This document shows, piece by piece, positions 29,298 through 37,955 of a DNA stretch of 64,000 nt. A model generated the notes under the pieces. That model did not search any database. It saw only the letters and a program-made list of their open reading frames with translations, and had not been told where the DNA came from. The stretch is from an uncultured Eubacteriales bacterium (GTDB lineage Bacteria; Bacillota; Clostridia; Oscillospirales; JAKOTC01): the NCBI GenBank assembly GCA_964587625.1, contig CAZPLU010000007.1:5739-69738 (forward strand). The letters are read 5' to 3'. A program made the position numbers and the translations under genes. Each line of letters begins with the position of its first letter. Position 1 is the stretch's first letter.

Positions 29298-30665
29298 ATG
29301 AAACAACCCAATATCCTGTTCTTTTTGGCAGACCAGCACCGGTATGACTGCACCGGGTATGCCGGAAAATATCCCGTGTCGACGCCGAACATCGACGCGG
29401 TCGGCCGCGAGGGGACCTGTTTTACCAACGCCTACGCCCCGACGCCGGTCTGCGCGCCCGCGCGCCAATCGTTTTTATCCGGGCGCAGGGCCGAGGTCAT
29501 CGGCGCGCTGCATAATTATAATTTTATCCCGACCAAGACGTTGATGCCCGAGGATTTTCACTTTGTCAAGGGGTTGAAGTCGGCGGGATATGCGACCTCG
29601 TTCATCGGACAATGGGACGGCTCCGTACGCCCGGTCGATGAGTTCGGATTTGACAAGGTTCGGCTCGGCAAGGAATACGCCGCCTTTATCAAAAAAAAAT
29701 ATCCCGACGTGAAATATGTCAATTCATGGTTTGGGGAACATAATCCGATCCCGCTGCAAGACAGCCGGACTCACTGGTACGCCGACCGCGCCTGCGAGCA
29801 GATTCAGGCGCTTGCGAATTCGGAAAAGCCGTGGTTTATTTGGATGGACGGAGTGGATCCGCATCTGCCGTGCCGTCCGTCGAGCCCGTTTTTTGAACAA
29901 TATAAGCCCGGGGACGCGGTGATTTGGGACGGCTTCGGCGACCGGTTCATCGACAAGCCCTATATTCAACACCAGCAGGTTTTGAACTGGCGGCTTGAGA
30001 ACAGAACTTGGGAAAATTGGGCCCCGACCGTCGCGGCGTATTATGCGATGATCTCGCAGGTGGACGACGCGTTCGGGCGGGTGATCGGCGCGCTCAAAGA
30101 CAGCGGGCAATACGACGACACGCTGGTGATCTACACCTCCGACCACGGCGACATGTGCGGCAGCCACGGCATGCTCGACAAGCACTACAACCTCTGGGAC
30201 GACGTGATTCATGTGCCGCTCGTGATGCGGCTGCCCGAAAAGATCAGGCCGGGCACGCTCTGCGACGACTTTGTCAGCAACGCGCTGGATTTATTGCCGA
30301 CTTTGGCGGAAATCGCGGGCTTTGAAATACCCGAAAACGCGGTCGGGATCTCGCTGTTTGAGACCGAAAACAGACCCGACTGCGTGGTCTGCGCCTCCGG
30401 CGGACAGCAGTTCGGCGCGTTTACGCAGCGGTGCATCCGCACAAAAACGCATAAATATATTTGGAACCCGACCGACATCGACGAGCTGTATGATTTGAAA
30501 AAGGATCCGGGCGAGCTGCGCAATCTGATTAAAAATCCCGATTATGCCTTTTTGGTCTCGGTGATGCGCCGTAAAATGAGGGATGAACTGGTGCGCTGCG
30601 GAGACCCCTATGTGAAAACGGGGTGGCTATCCCGGCAGTTGGACGAGGATGAAAAGTTGGTGTAG
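29298..30665 (+). CDS. Sulfatase (Cys-type, formylglycine-dependent)
   Basis: N-terminus NILFFLADQHRYD. CxPxR motif in PVCAPARQSFLSGR. Downstream SDHGDMCGSHG. 455 aa. Confidence 0.85.
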   Translation: MKQPNILFFLADQHRYDCTGYAGKYPVSTPNIDAVGREGTCFTNAYAPTPVCAPARQSFLSGRRAEVIGALHNYNFIPTKTLMPEDFHFVKGLKSAGYATSFIGQWDGSVRPVDEFGFDKVRLGKEYAAFIKKKYPDVKYVNSWFGEHNPIPLQDSRTHWYADRACEQIQALANSEKPWFIWMDGVDPHLPCRPSSPFFEQYKPGDAVIWDGFGDRFIDKPYIQHQQVLNWRLENRTWENWAPTVAAYYAMISQVDDAFGRVIGALKDSGQYDDTLVIYTSDHGDMCGSHGMLDKHYNLWDDVIHVPLVMRLPEKIRPGTLCDDFVSNALDLLPTLAEIAGFEIPENAVGISLFETENRPDCVVCASGGQQFGAFTQRCIRTKTHKYIWNPTDIDELYDLKKDPGELRNLIKNPDYAFLVSVMRRKMRDELVRCGDPYVKTGWLSRQLDEDEKLV

Positions 30666-30751
30666 AGGGTTTTAAAAGGTGACGGTTAAAATGCTCAGTG
30701 ACATGCCGGAAGTCCCGTGGGGAACAAAACCCGCACGGTAATGCGATCTGT

Positions 30752-31927
30752 TTATTTTATTTTCAGATTCCTCTTTCGGCGGATTAAGACGGCAGTGCCG
30801 ACAATTGCGGCGATCAGCAACAGCAAAACGGCGGCGGCTGAAAATATATAATTTTGAATCAAGACCCCCTGCGTCGACGCCAAAAACGCCGGCAGGGGCT
30901 TTTCGACGATGTCCTTGTAATACAGCAGGTCGGTGGTATACGACAGGTCGCTTTCACGGAGGGTCACAACCCGCGTGCCGTGCTTTTCGCCGTTACCGTA
31001 GATGTAAAATGTCAGACCCGGCGTCATCACGAGATCGACGCCGCGGCTGGTGACGATAAAATCATTGACATGGTCGTGGCCGAAAAAAGCCGCTTTGATA
31101 TCGCCGGTTTCGACCCACGCGCCGAATTGTCCCTGATTGCGGACGGGTGGGCAGGGGCCTTCGCCGAGGGTGCCCGAAATCGTGTTTTCGGGGTTGAGGA
31201 TATAGTCATGATCGCGCCATGCGTCGATGCCGCGCACGGCTCCTTTCGTGCCCCTCGGGACGACACTGAGCAGGTCGTAGATCTCGGGTACGATGATGTG
31301 CTGGAAGACGAAGCCCGGCAACTCTCCGTATTGAGCGGTTAATTTGGCGGAGGTCTGTTTGTACCAGTCGATCTGGTCTTTTTCGACGCAGGCGTAGGTG
31401 CCCTCGCCGGTCGCGTCATAAGTGCCGCTGTCGAAAAACCACAACACGCATCCGGGGACGCCGTCCGCGCCGTTCACCGTCAGGTAATAATTGCCGCAGC
31501 CGGTCATCGGCTCGCCCTCGACCGCCAAACAGCCCGGAAAGGACTGATAATATTCCAATTGCGTTTCCTTTGAAATGCCGCCCTCGTCGTCGTGGTTGCC
31601 GAAAACAACGGCAAATTGAAGTCCGCGCTCGACCACCGGATTCACAATCGCGTCGATGGCCCTTTTCGTGGCCGCAAGGTCGTTGCCGATGGACGGCGCG
31701 TGGAGCATATCGCCCAAAAAGACCACGAGATCGGGGTCGGCCGCGTCGAGCGAGGCGTTAAGCAGGTCGAGCATCGCCTGTTGCGGTCTGTCGGTGTCCT
31801 GCGGATCGGCGAGGATCAGGATTTTTAATTCGCCGTCGCCGGAAAAATTCAGCGATTCGGCGCCGGCCGACATATAAAATCCTGCGCACACCAGCAGGGA
31901 AAAGAGGATTACAAGCGCTTTTTTCAT
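30752..31927 (-). CDS. Secreted/anchored calcineurin-like metallophosphoesterase
   Basis: Signal peptide. Motifs ILADPQD, GDMLH, GNHDDE and GHDHVND. C-terminal TM helix plus RRKRN stop-transfer sequence. Confidence 0.8.
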   Translation of the reverse strand: MKKALVILFSLLVCAGFYMSAGAESLNFSGDGELKILILADPQDTDRPQQAMLDLLNASLDAADPDLVVFLGDMLHAPSIGNDLAATKRAIDAIVNPVVERGLQFAVVFGNHDDEGGISKETQLEYYQSFPGCLAVEGEPMTGCGNYYLTVNGADGVPGCVLWFFDSGTYDATGEGTYACVEKDQIDWYKQTSAKLTAQYGELPGFVFQHIIVPEIYDLLSVVPRGTKGAVRGIDAWRDHDYILNPENTISGTLGEGPCPPVRNQGQFGAWVETGDIKAAFFGHDHVNDFIVTSRGVDLVMTPGLTFYIYGNGEKHGTRVVTLRESDLSYTTDLLYYKDIVEKPLPAFLASTQGVLIQNYIFSAAAVLLLLIAAIVGTAVLIRRKRNLKIK

Positions 31928-32266
31928 AACAATAATTCCTTTCCACCGCGGAATTTTTCAAACACGACAGAGAATGCAGACAAAAATATAAACCGGCGGA
32001 TTGAGTGTAACACGGTTTCATCATTTATTCAAGAGATACGCGGCAGGTTTGATTGTTTCAAGGTGTTAAAAAATCAATAATTGTTGATACCCAGCGAAAA
32101 AGCAAGAAAGCGCCTATATCAGGCGGAGCGTATCCCTTGGGAGCCGAAGGCGGACAAGGGATACGCCCTCTGTCGCGCCCGAAGCCGCCGGCTAGATGAT
32201 CGCTAAGTAATCAGACAAAAGACAGTGCAAAAAATATTGTGTAAAGTCCAATCGGTGTAAGAACAA

Positions 32267-32660
32267 TTACAAAAAAATTTTCGCTTGGTCGCCTAAGAAA
32301 ACGACCAAATTGTCCAGAATCGAACCCCACTCCATGATGGGCATCGTCCACTTGTCCACGATACGCATGGTGGCAAGATACAAGATTCTCATCAGGGCAT
32401 CGTCGGAGACGAAAGCGTTTTTGTCTTGGTGACCTTGCGAGGCTGCCGGTTGAAATTTTCGATGGCATTGGTCATGTAGATCAATTTCCGGATTTCGGGC
32501 GGATATTTGAACATCGCGGAGAGTTCGTTCCAGTAGACCCGCCAGGATTTCAAGGCCAACGGATATTTTCCGCCCTTTTGGCTTCAAATTCGTCCAGAGC
32601 GGCAAGGGCAGTGTCTTCGGCCGAGGCCTTGTATATGGGTTTTAAATCCGCCGTGAATTG
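32267..32660 (-). mobile_element. IS256-family transposase remnant (3' third only, at least 2 frameshifts)
   Basis: Minus-strand translation across three frames gives ADLKPIYKASAEDTALAALDEFEAK / GGKYPLALKSWRVYWNELSAMFKYPPEIRKLIYMTNAIENFNRQPRKVTKTK / NAFVSDDALMRILYLATMRIVDKWTMPIMEWGSILDNL. The N-terminal two-thirds, including the catalytic region, is absent. Confidence 0.75.
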
Positions 32661-32686
32661 CTTGGTTTATGTATTATTAGTATAAT
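32658..32686 (+). promoter_or_regulatory. Candidate promoter at the IS-remnant breakpoint, facing the sleL/yaaH-like gene
   Basis: TTGCTT (32658-32663), 17-nt spacer, TATAAT (32681-32686). It is followed by an approximately 78-nt polypyrimidine tract. Confidence 0.4.
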
Positions 32687-32820
32687 ATTCCATTGTCCTC
32701 CTCTTCACTTCGCTTCTTCCGTTCCCCGCATCTTTTCTGTCCCCTGTCCTCTCACTTCTGCCCTCTCTCAGCGCATATACTGTGAAGGTATTTTATAAAT
32801 CAACCAAAGGAGAAATGAAC

Positions 32821-34092
32821 ATGGTCATTTATGTCGTGCAACCGGGGGACAGTTTATTCGCTATCGCCCGCAATTACGGGGTGACCCCCGCGGCGATTAC
32901 ACAGGCGAACGGGCTGACCAATCCCGAGCGGCTGGTCATCGGTCAGGCGCTGGTCATACCCCTGCCGAGCACTTATACCGTCAGACCCGGCGAATCCCTA
33001 TTTCTCATCGCGCGCAAATTCAACGTGACATTGGCGTCTCTGCAGCGGGCGAATCCCCAAATCACAAACCCCGCGCAGCTCGCCGTCGGACAGGTGATCA
33101 ACATCCCCGCGCAGCCCAAGCTCGGCACCATCGACGTCAACGGGTACGCCTTTCCCAACATCAGCATGACCCTGCTTCAGAGCGTGCTGCCCTATCTGAC
33201 CTATCTCTCGATCTTCAGTTATGAGGTCCGGCCCGACGGCAGCTTGTCGACCCTCAACGACGGCCCGCTGATCCAGGCCGCCCGCGCCGCCGGGGTCGCC
33301 CCGATGATGGTCATCACCAACATCGAGGAGGGCGGCAGTTTCAGCAGCGATCTGGCAAGCGCGATTTTGAACAGTCAGGCCGTGCAGGACATCCTGCTGG
33401 ACAACGTCGCCAACACCCTCCAGAGTAAAAATTACTACGGCCTCGACATCGACTTCGAATACATCTATCCGCGCGACCGCGAGGCCTACAACGCCTTTTT
33501 GCGCAAAACCGCCGCCCGCCTCAGGCCGCTCGGATATACCCTGACCACCGCGGTCGCTCCCAAGCTCAGCGCCACACAGCCCGGATTGCTGTACGAGGCG
33601 CACGACTACCCCGTCCACGGCGAGGTCGCCGACCATGTCATCATCATGACCTACGAATGGGGATATACTTACGGGCCCGCGCAGGCCGTCGCGCCTTTAA
33701 ATCAAGTGCGCAGGGTCATTACATACGCCGTCACGGCGATCCCGGCCCAAAAAATATTGATGGGCATCCCGAATTACGGCTACGATTGGACGCTGCCGTT
33801 CGTGCAGGGTTCCGCGGCGCGCGTCCTCTCCAACGTCGAGGCGGTGGAGCAGGCGGCCCGCGTCGGCGCCAACATCGAGTTCGACGTCCTGGCCCAATCG
33901 CCCCATTATTTTTATTACAGCGGCGGGAACCGCCACGAGGTGTGGTTCGAGGACGCCCGCAGCATCCGCGCCAAGCTGCTTTTGGTCGATCAACTCAACC
34001 TCGGCGGCATCAGCTATTGGACGCTCAATCGCCCCTTCCCGCAGAACTGGGCGGTGCTGAACGCCATGTACAATATCCGGAAATTGTTATAA
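32821..34092 (+). CDS. Spore peptidoglycan hydrolase, YaaH/SleL-like (2x LysM + GH18)
   Basis: Two LysM repeats (YVVQPGDSLFAIARNYGV..., YTVRPGESLFLIARKFNV...). GH18 catalytic motif GLDIDFEY. Start trimmed to the ATG at 32821, 9 nt after aaggag. Confidence 0.8.
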   Translation: MVIYVVQPGDSLFAIARNYGVTPAAITQANGLTNPERLVIGQALVIPLPSTYTVRPGESLFLIARKFNVTLASLQRANPQITNPAQLAVGQVINIPAQPKLGTIDVNGYAFPNISMTLLQSVLPYLTYLSIFSYEVRPDGSLSTLNDGPLIQAARAAGVAPMMVITNIEEGGSFSSDLASAILNSQAVQDILLDNVANTLQSKNYYGLDIDFEYIYPRDREAYNAFLRKTAARLRPLGYTLTTAVAPKLSATQPGLLYEAHDYPVHGEVADHVIIMTYEWGYTYGPAQAVAPLNQVRRVITYAVTAIPAQKILMGIPNYGYDWTLPFVQGSAARVLSNVEAVEQAARVGANIEFDVLAQSPHYFYYSGGNRHEVWFEDARSIRAKLLLVDQLNLGGISYWTLNRPFPQNWAVLNAMYNIRKLL

Positions 34093-34097
34093 ATCAA

Positions 34098-34570
34098 TGT
34101 CATCCTGAGCGCAGTGCCGTTTACGGCACGAAGTCGAAGGATCTCGGCACAAGCGGTTTTCGGAAATCCGTCCGGAAACTTTTATCAGCCCGAGATTCTT
34201 CGACTGCGCAATTCCAGTAAAACATGGAATCGTTTCGCTCAGAACGACCAAAAAACAAGGATTTTTCCCATCTTTAATTAAATTGTCATCCTGAGCGCAG
34301 TGCCGTTTACGGCACGAAGTCGAAGGATCTCGGTACCAAGCGGTTTTCGGAAATCCGTCCGGAAACTTTTATCAGCCCGAGATTCTTCGACTGCGCAATT
34401 CCAGTAAAACATGGAATCGTTTCGCTCAGAACGACCAAAAAACAAGGATTTTTCCCATCTTTAATTAAATTGTCATCCTGAGCGCAGTGCCGTTTACGGC
34501 ACGAAGTCGAAGGATCTCGGTACCAAGCGGTTTTCGGAAATCCGTCCGGAAACTTTTATCAGCCCGAGAC
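34098..34570. repeat. Tandem array, ~2.5 copies of a 186/187-bp unit built from REP-like inverted modules
   Basis: Unit starts (tgtcatcctgagcgcag) at 34098, 34284 and 34471. The third unit is truncated at about 34570. Units differ by about one indel. Each unit carries GTCATCCTGAGCG...GTCGAAGGATCTCGG and its inverted partner CCGAGATTCTTCGAC...CGCTCAGAACGAC. Confidence 0.9.
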
Positions 34571-34600
34571 AAAAAAGCGGGGATCGCTCCCCGCTTTTAT
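34571..34600. terminator. Bidirectional rho-independent terminator
   Basis: gcgggga-tcgc-tccccgc flanked by aaaaaa and tttt, between convergent genes. Confidence 0.8.
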
Positions 34601-34617
34601 AAATAAATTATCGTTTT

Positions 34618-35382
34618 TTATTTTCTGTTTTCCATCTCGGCGCGCAGCTTGCCGACCGCGGCGTTGATCGCGGGGATGCTCTCGGCCATCATGTCTTTAT
34701 AAAAGCCCTCGTATTCGTATGTAATCTCTTCAAGCGGCTTGTTTTTAATGCCGTCGACATACTGCTCGAGCAGCTTGAAATTGCGCTCGTAGCAGTGGAA
34801 GCTGTTGGCGCGGTGGGTATAGGTTCCGACCGGCACGCCGAGTTCGTCCGCGACCTTCTTTTGCAATTGGACAAAAGCGAACGCGTTCATAAAGTTGGCC
34901 TGCGCGGCGTCGTTGGAACGCATCAAGATTTTGCAGTGCAACGCTCCGCCGCGGATAAAGTATTGAATGCTCTGCAAGCAGGCGGGGTCGCTGTTGCTGC
35001 TGTCGATTTCGAAATCGCGGATGTTCATCACGGCGCGGCGGCTGTCGGGGTTGCGGCGCAGTTCGTTGATGATGAACGGAAGTTGGCGGCAATAGCGGTC
35101 GTGGTAGGTGTATTCCCAACAAGTGCCGTCGCCGATCTTGAAGTCGAGGATGCCGTCTAAAATCTCCATGACATATTGTTGCAATTCATAAAAGCCGCCG
35201 ATGTACAGACGGCTGACCATCGGCTCAGCCAGCGGATTTTCGACCACATAGGTCATGCTGACCTCTTTTTGCATCTGACCCCAGTCGTTGCAGGTCAAAA
35301 CATCGCCCTGCTCTGCCAGAGCGGTCAGCGCTTGGTGATACGCGATGGGCAGCGACTCGCCGGTGACGAAGATCTCTTTCAT
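34618..35382 (-). CDS. Divergent thymidylate-synthase (ThyA) superfamily protein
   Basis: TS-fold core pattern DPACLQSIQYFIRGGALHCKILMRSNDAAQANFMNAFAFVQLQKKVADELGVPVGTYTHRANSFHCYE (Cys nucleophile context, RSND, terminal H-x-Y). It is unlike the canonical bacterial ThyA N-terminus. ATG at 35382; a GTG at 35388 is also possible. Confidence 0.6.
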   Translation of the reverse strand: MKEIFVTGESLPIAYHQALTALAEQGDVLTCNDWGQMQKEVSMTYVVENPLAEPMVSRLYIGGFYELQQYVMEILDGILDFKIGDGTCWEYTYHDRYCRQLPFIINELRRNPDSRRAVMNIRDFEIDSSNSDPACLQSIQYFIRGGALHCKILMRSNDAAQANFMNAFAFVQLQKKVADELGVPVGTYTHRANSFHCYERNFKLLEQYVDGIKNKPLEEITYEYEGFYKDMMAESIPAINAAVGKLRAEMENRK

Positions 35383-35443
35383 ATGCACTCAATCCCCCCG
35401 CTGTTTCATATTGGTTTCATTATACCCGAATTTATCCGGCTTT

Positions 35444-37039
35444 TCAATTGTTTAATGCATTTTTCACGGCATTCGCGATTTGCAGATAATTGTTGGTCAA
35501 GATCGTGTCAACGCCCATTTTGATAAAACCGGCGGCTTCTTGCGGGTCGTCCGACCAAAACATATTGCAAATGATCCCGTTTTTGTGCGCTTTGTCGATC
35601 ATTTCCCGATTGAAATAGGGTTTGAACAGCTGCAGCTTTCGGCAGCCGAATTCGATCGCGGCTTCGACCAGCGTATAATCCCGTTGGCCGTCCAAGCAAC
35701 AACGCGGGATTTCAGGGTAATATTTTCGTGCGGTCTCGAGCACATCGCGGCAGCCCGCGATATAGATGTGATTTTTGCAATCGTATTGTTCGACCAAATC
35801 CATAATTTTTTTCATCTTTTCGGGATCATACTCTGCTTCTTTTTGCCCGGCTTCGGCATCCCCCTTGAGGTGGATATTCATGATTACCCGTCCGGCGAAT
35901 TTTTCGAGCGTCTGTTCAAGTGAAGCGATCCCCAATCCGCCAAACGGACCTTTTCCGACATTCATATTCATCAGTTGCGCACAGGTAAAATTTTTAACCC
36001 CGCCGGACGAAGCGCCGTGCGTCACCTCGTCGACGGTGTCGTTGTGAATCACCATCGGGACGCCGTCCGCCGAAAACCGGACATCGAATTCGATCTCGTC
36101 CGCGCCGAGCGCGACGGCGGCTCCGAACGCGGGCAGGGTGTTTTCGGGTGCGATCATGTTAAACCCCCTGTGGGCGCATACGCGGGGATACGGAAGCTCA
36201 CGGTCGGGCAACGACATCGAAGAACCGCATTGACGATATGTTTTGGGAATGCGGCCGCGTTCGACAAAAAGTTCTGCGGAAATCGGCGGCATTCCGAACC
36301 CGTTGGAACGCGTATTTTTTTGTTTGGGATCGATCTCGCAATCCAAAACCCCGGCGATTTGACCCAAATCGGCAAGCGGATTACCCGCCGGGTCGGCGAC
36401 ATGCGTGCAACCGCCCAAAGCGGAATCCGGCTTGATTGAATACGAACTGCGCAGCACAAACGCATTGCACCGATTGGCGCACAACCGGGTTTGAGCGTAA
36501 AGCGCTTCACGGGTTTCGCTCCGCTGATAGGACGGTAAAATGATTACATCGGGTCGCAGAGAGGCCATTTTTTCGATAAACTCCCCGAAATACACATCAT
36601 AACAAGTCAAAAATCCGAATCGAACGCCCCCGGTTTCAAAAACCATGCCCCTGCCGTCTCCGCGCCGAACTTTTAAAATCTCGGCTTCAAACGGCGGCAA
36701 ATGCACTTTATCGTAACGGTGCAGCAAATCGTCTTCCCGCCCGAAAAGCGCCGTCGTATTACGGAGCGCTCCGCCGTCATGCAAAGCGAGATTGATTGCA
36801 ACCAAAGCGCCGCAGCGTTTTGCGGCTTCTTGGGCGGCGGTGATGAGTCGTTTTGTGCTTTCCGCGCAAAACACGTCCAGTCGGTCGCGGGTACCGATAC
36901 CCGGCGCATTGGAATATTCCGGCGTGACGATCAAATCAAGCGCATCGTCACATTCGCCGAGCCGTGCTAAAATCCATTCGAAACATGCCGCCGGATTGTT
37001 TTGGGTCGGGTATTGGGGTTGAAAAAGCCGAATATTCAT
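35444..37039 (-). CDS. Fusion protein: carbon-nitrogen hydrolase (nitrilase superfamily) + glycerophosphodiester phosphodiesterase (GDPD)
   Basis: The N-terminal half has E-K-C triad contexts (IVTPEYS, RYDKVHLPPFE, FLTCYDVYFGEF). The C-terminal half has VCAHRGFNMIAPENTLPAF...EIEFDVRFSADGVPMVIHNDTVDE. Start at the ATG at 37039, after ggagg. Confidence 0.75.
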   Translation of the reverse strand: MNIRLFQPQYPTQNNPAACFEWILARLGECDDALDLIVTPEYSNAPGIGTRDRLDVFCAESTKRLITAAQEAAKRCGALVAINLALHDGGALRNTTALFGREDDLLHRYDKVHLPPFEAEILKVRRGDGRGMVFETGGVRFGFLTCYDVYFGEFIEKMASLRPDVIILPSYQRSETREALYAQTRLCANRCNAFVLRSSYSIKPDSALGGCTHVADPAGNPLADLGQIAGVLDCEIDPKQKNTRSNGFGMPPISAELFVERGRIPKTYRQCGSSMSLPDRELPYPRVCAHRGFNMIAPENTLPAFGAAVALGADEIEFDVRFSADGVPMVIHNDTVDEVTHGASSGGVKNFTCAQLMNMNVGKGPFGGLGIASLEQTLEKFAGRVIMNIHLKGDAEAGQKEAEYDPEKMKKIMDLVEQYDCKNHIYIAGCRDVLETARKYYPEIPRCCLDGQRDYTLVEAAIEFGCRKLQLFKPYFNREMIDKAHKNGIICNMFWSDDPQEAAGFIKMGVDTILTNNYLQIANAVKNALNN

Positions 37040-37160
37040 AAAAGAACCTCCGTCGCATGAAAAGAAATCGGCATCACTCAACACGGTTGCGAATGAAGCC
37101 GAAATTTTCCCAATTAAATTTTATCCGCTTGCCGCGGTTTTGTCAAGGAATTCCTTTGTG

Positions 37161-37832
37161 TCACTGCTTATTGCACATGCAATGTAAAACGGCGCAGTCC
37201 CCCGGGTTTTCGGCCTCCGTCCGCGCACATTCCAAAACGGCGAAACCCGCGTTTTCGGCGAAGGCCCGCAGCTCGTCCGGCAAAAACATCTCCCAATAAA
37301 ATTTTGCGTCGGGATAGAGGTAATAATTCCGTCCATCGGCGCGCTGCGGCGTTTCGGCGTTTGCGTAGTCGTACGCGGAAAAGCTCAGCAGGCCGTCGCT
37401 TTTGAGCACGCGCCGGCATTCTTTCAAAAATACGTTTTTATACGAATCTCCGTACATCAGCCCGAGGGTCTGCCCCCAAATGATTACGACGTCGAACTCG
37501 GCGTCCTCAAACGGCAGCTTTTGCCCGTCGTACCACAAAAACCGGGTCGGGTAACCGCCGGTGCCCGCCATGCCCGTGACCTGGCGGATCACCTCGAGCG
37601 AGGTGTCGGCGCCGACGACCGTAAACCCCATTTGAAAAAGCGCGTAGGCCTCCCGCCCGAGCCCGCACCCGACGTCGAGGATCCTGGCCTTTTCCGGGAA
37701 TTTTTTGGCGGCGGCCTCCTCCCATTTTTTCAACCTGCCGTTGATCCAGTGGATCATCCCGGTGACGTTTGCCTTGTTTTCAAACCATTCGCGCACCAAA
37801 TCCAAATCCGGTGATTCCAATTTTTGCGCCAT
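37161..37832 (-). CDS. Class I SAM-dependent methyltransferase
   Basis: Motif I ILDVGCGLGREA. ATG at 37832 after ggaggag. Confidence 0.75.
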   Translation of the reverse strand: MAQKLESPDLDLVREWFENKANVTGMIHWINGRLKKWEEAAAKKFPEKARILDVGCGLGREAYALFQMGFTVVGADTSLEVIRQVTGMAGTGGYPTRFLWYDGQKLPFEDAEFDVVIIWGQTLGLMYGDSYKNVFLKECRRVLKSDGLLSFSAYDYANAETPQRADGRNYYLYPDAKFYWEMFLPDELRAFAENAGFAVLECARTEAENPGDCAVLHCMCNKQ

Positions 37833-37955
37833 AAACACTCCTCCGACTTTGATATCGAAAGATAGTATTTCCCCTTGCCCGGAAAATATAAATCCATCAA
37901 CGGTGTTGATATTTTTTCAACCGGATAATGCCCCTGTTTCAGCGGATGATCTGTT

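Noticed and set aside
34098-34570. Possible CRISPR array, given regularly spaced repeats with hairpins.
   Set aside because: The units are 186-187 bp and directly abut one another with no unique spacers. Each unit is itself a composite inverted repeat. No cas genes are in the window. It is a tandem REP-like array, not CRISPR.
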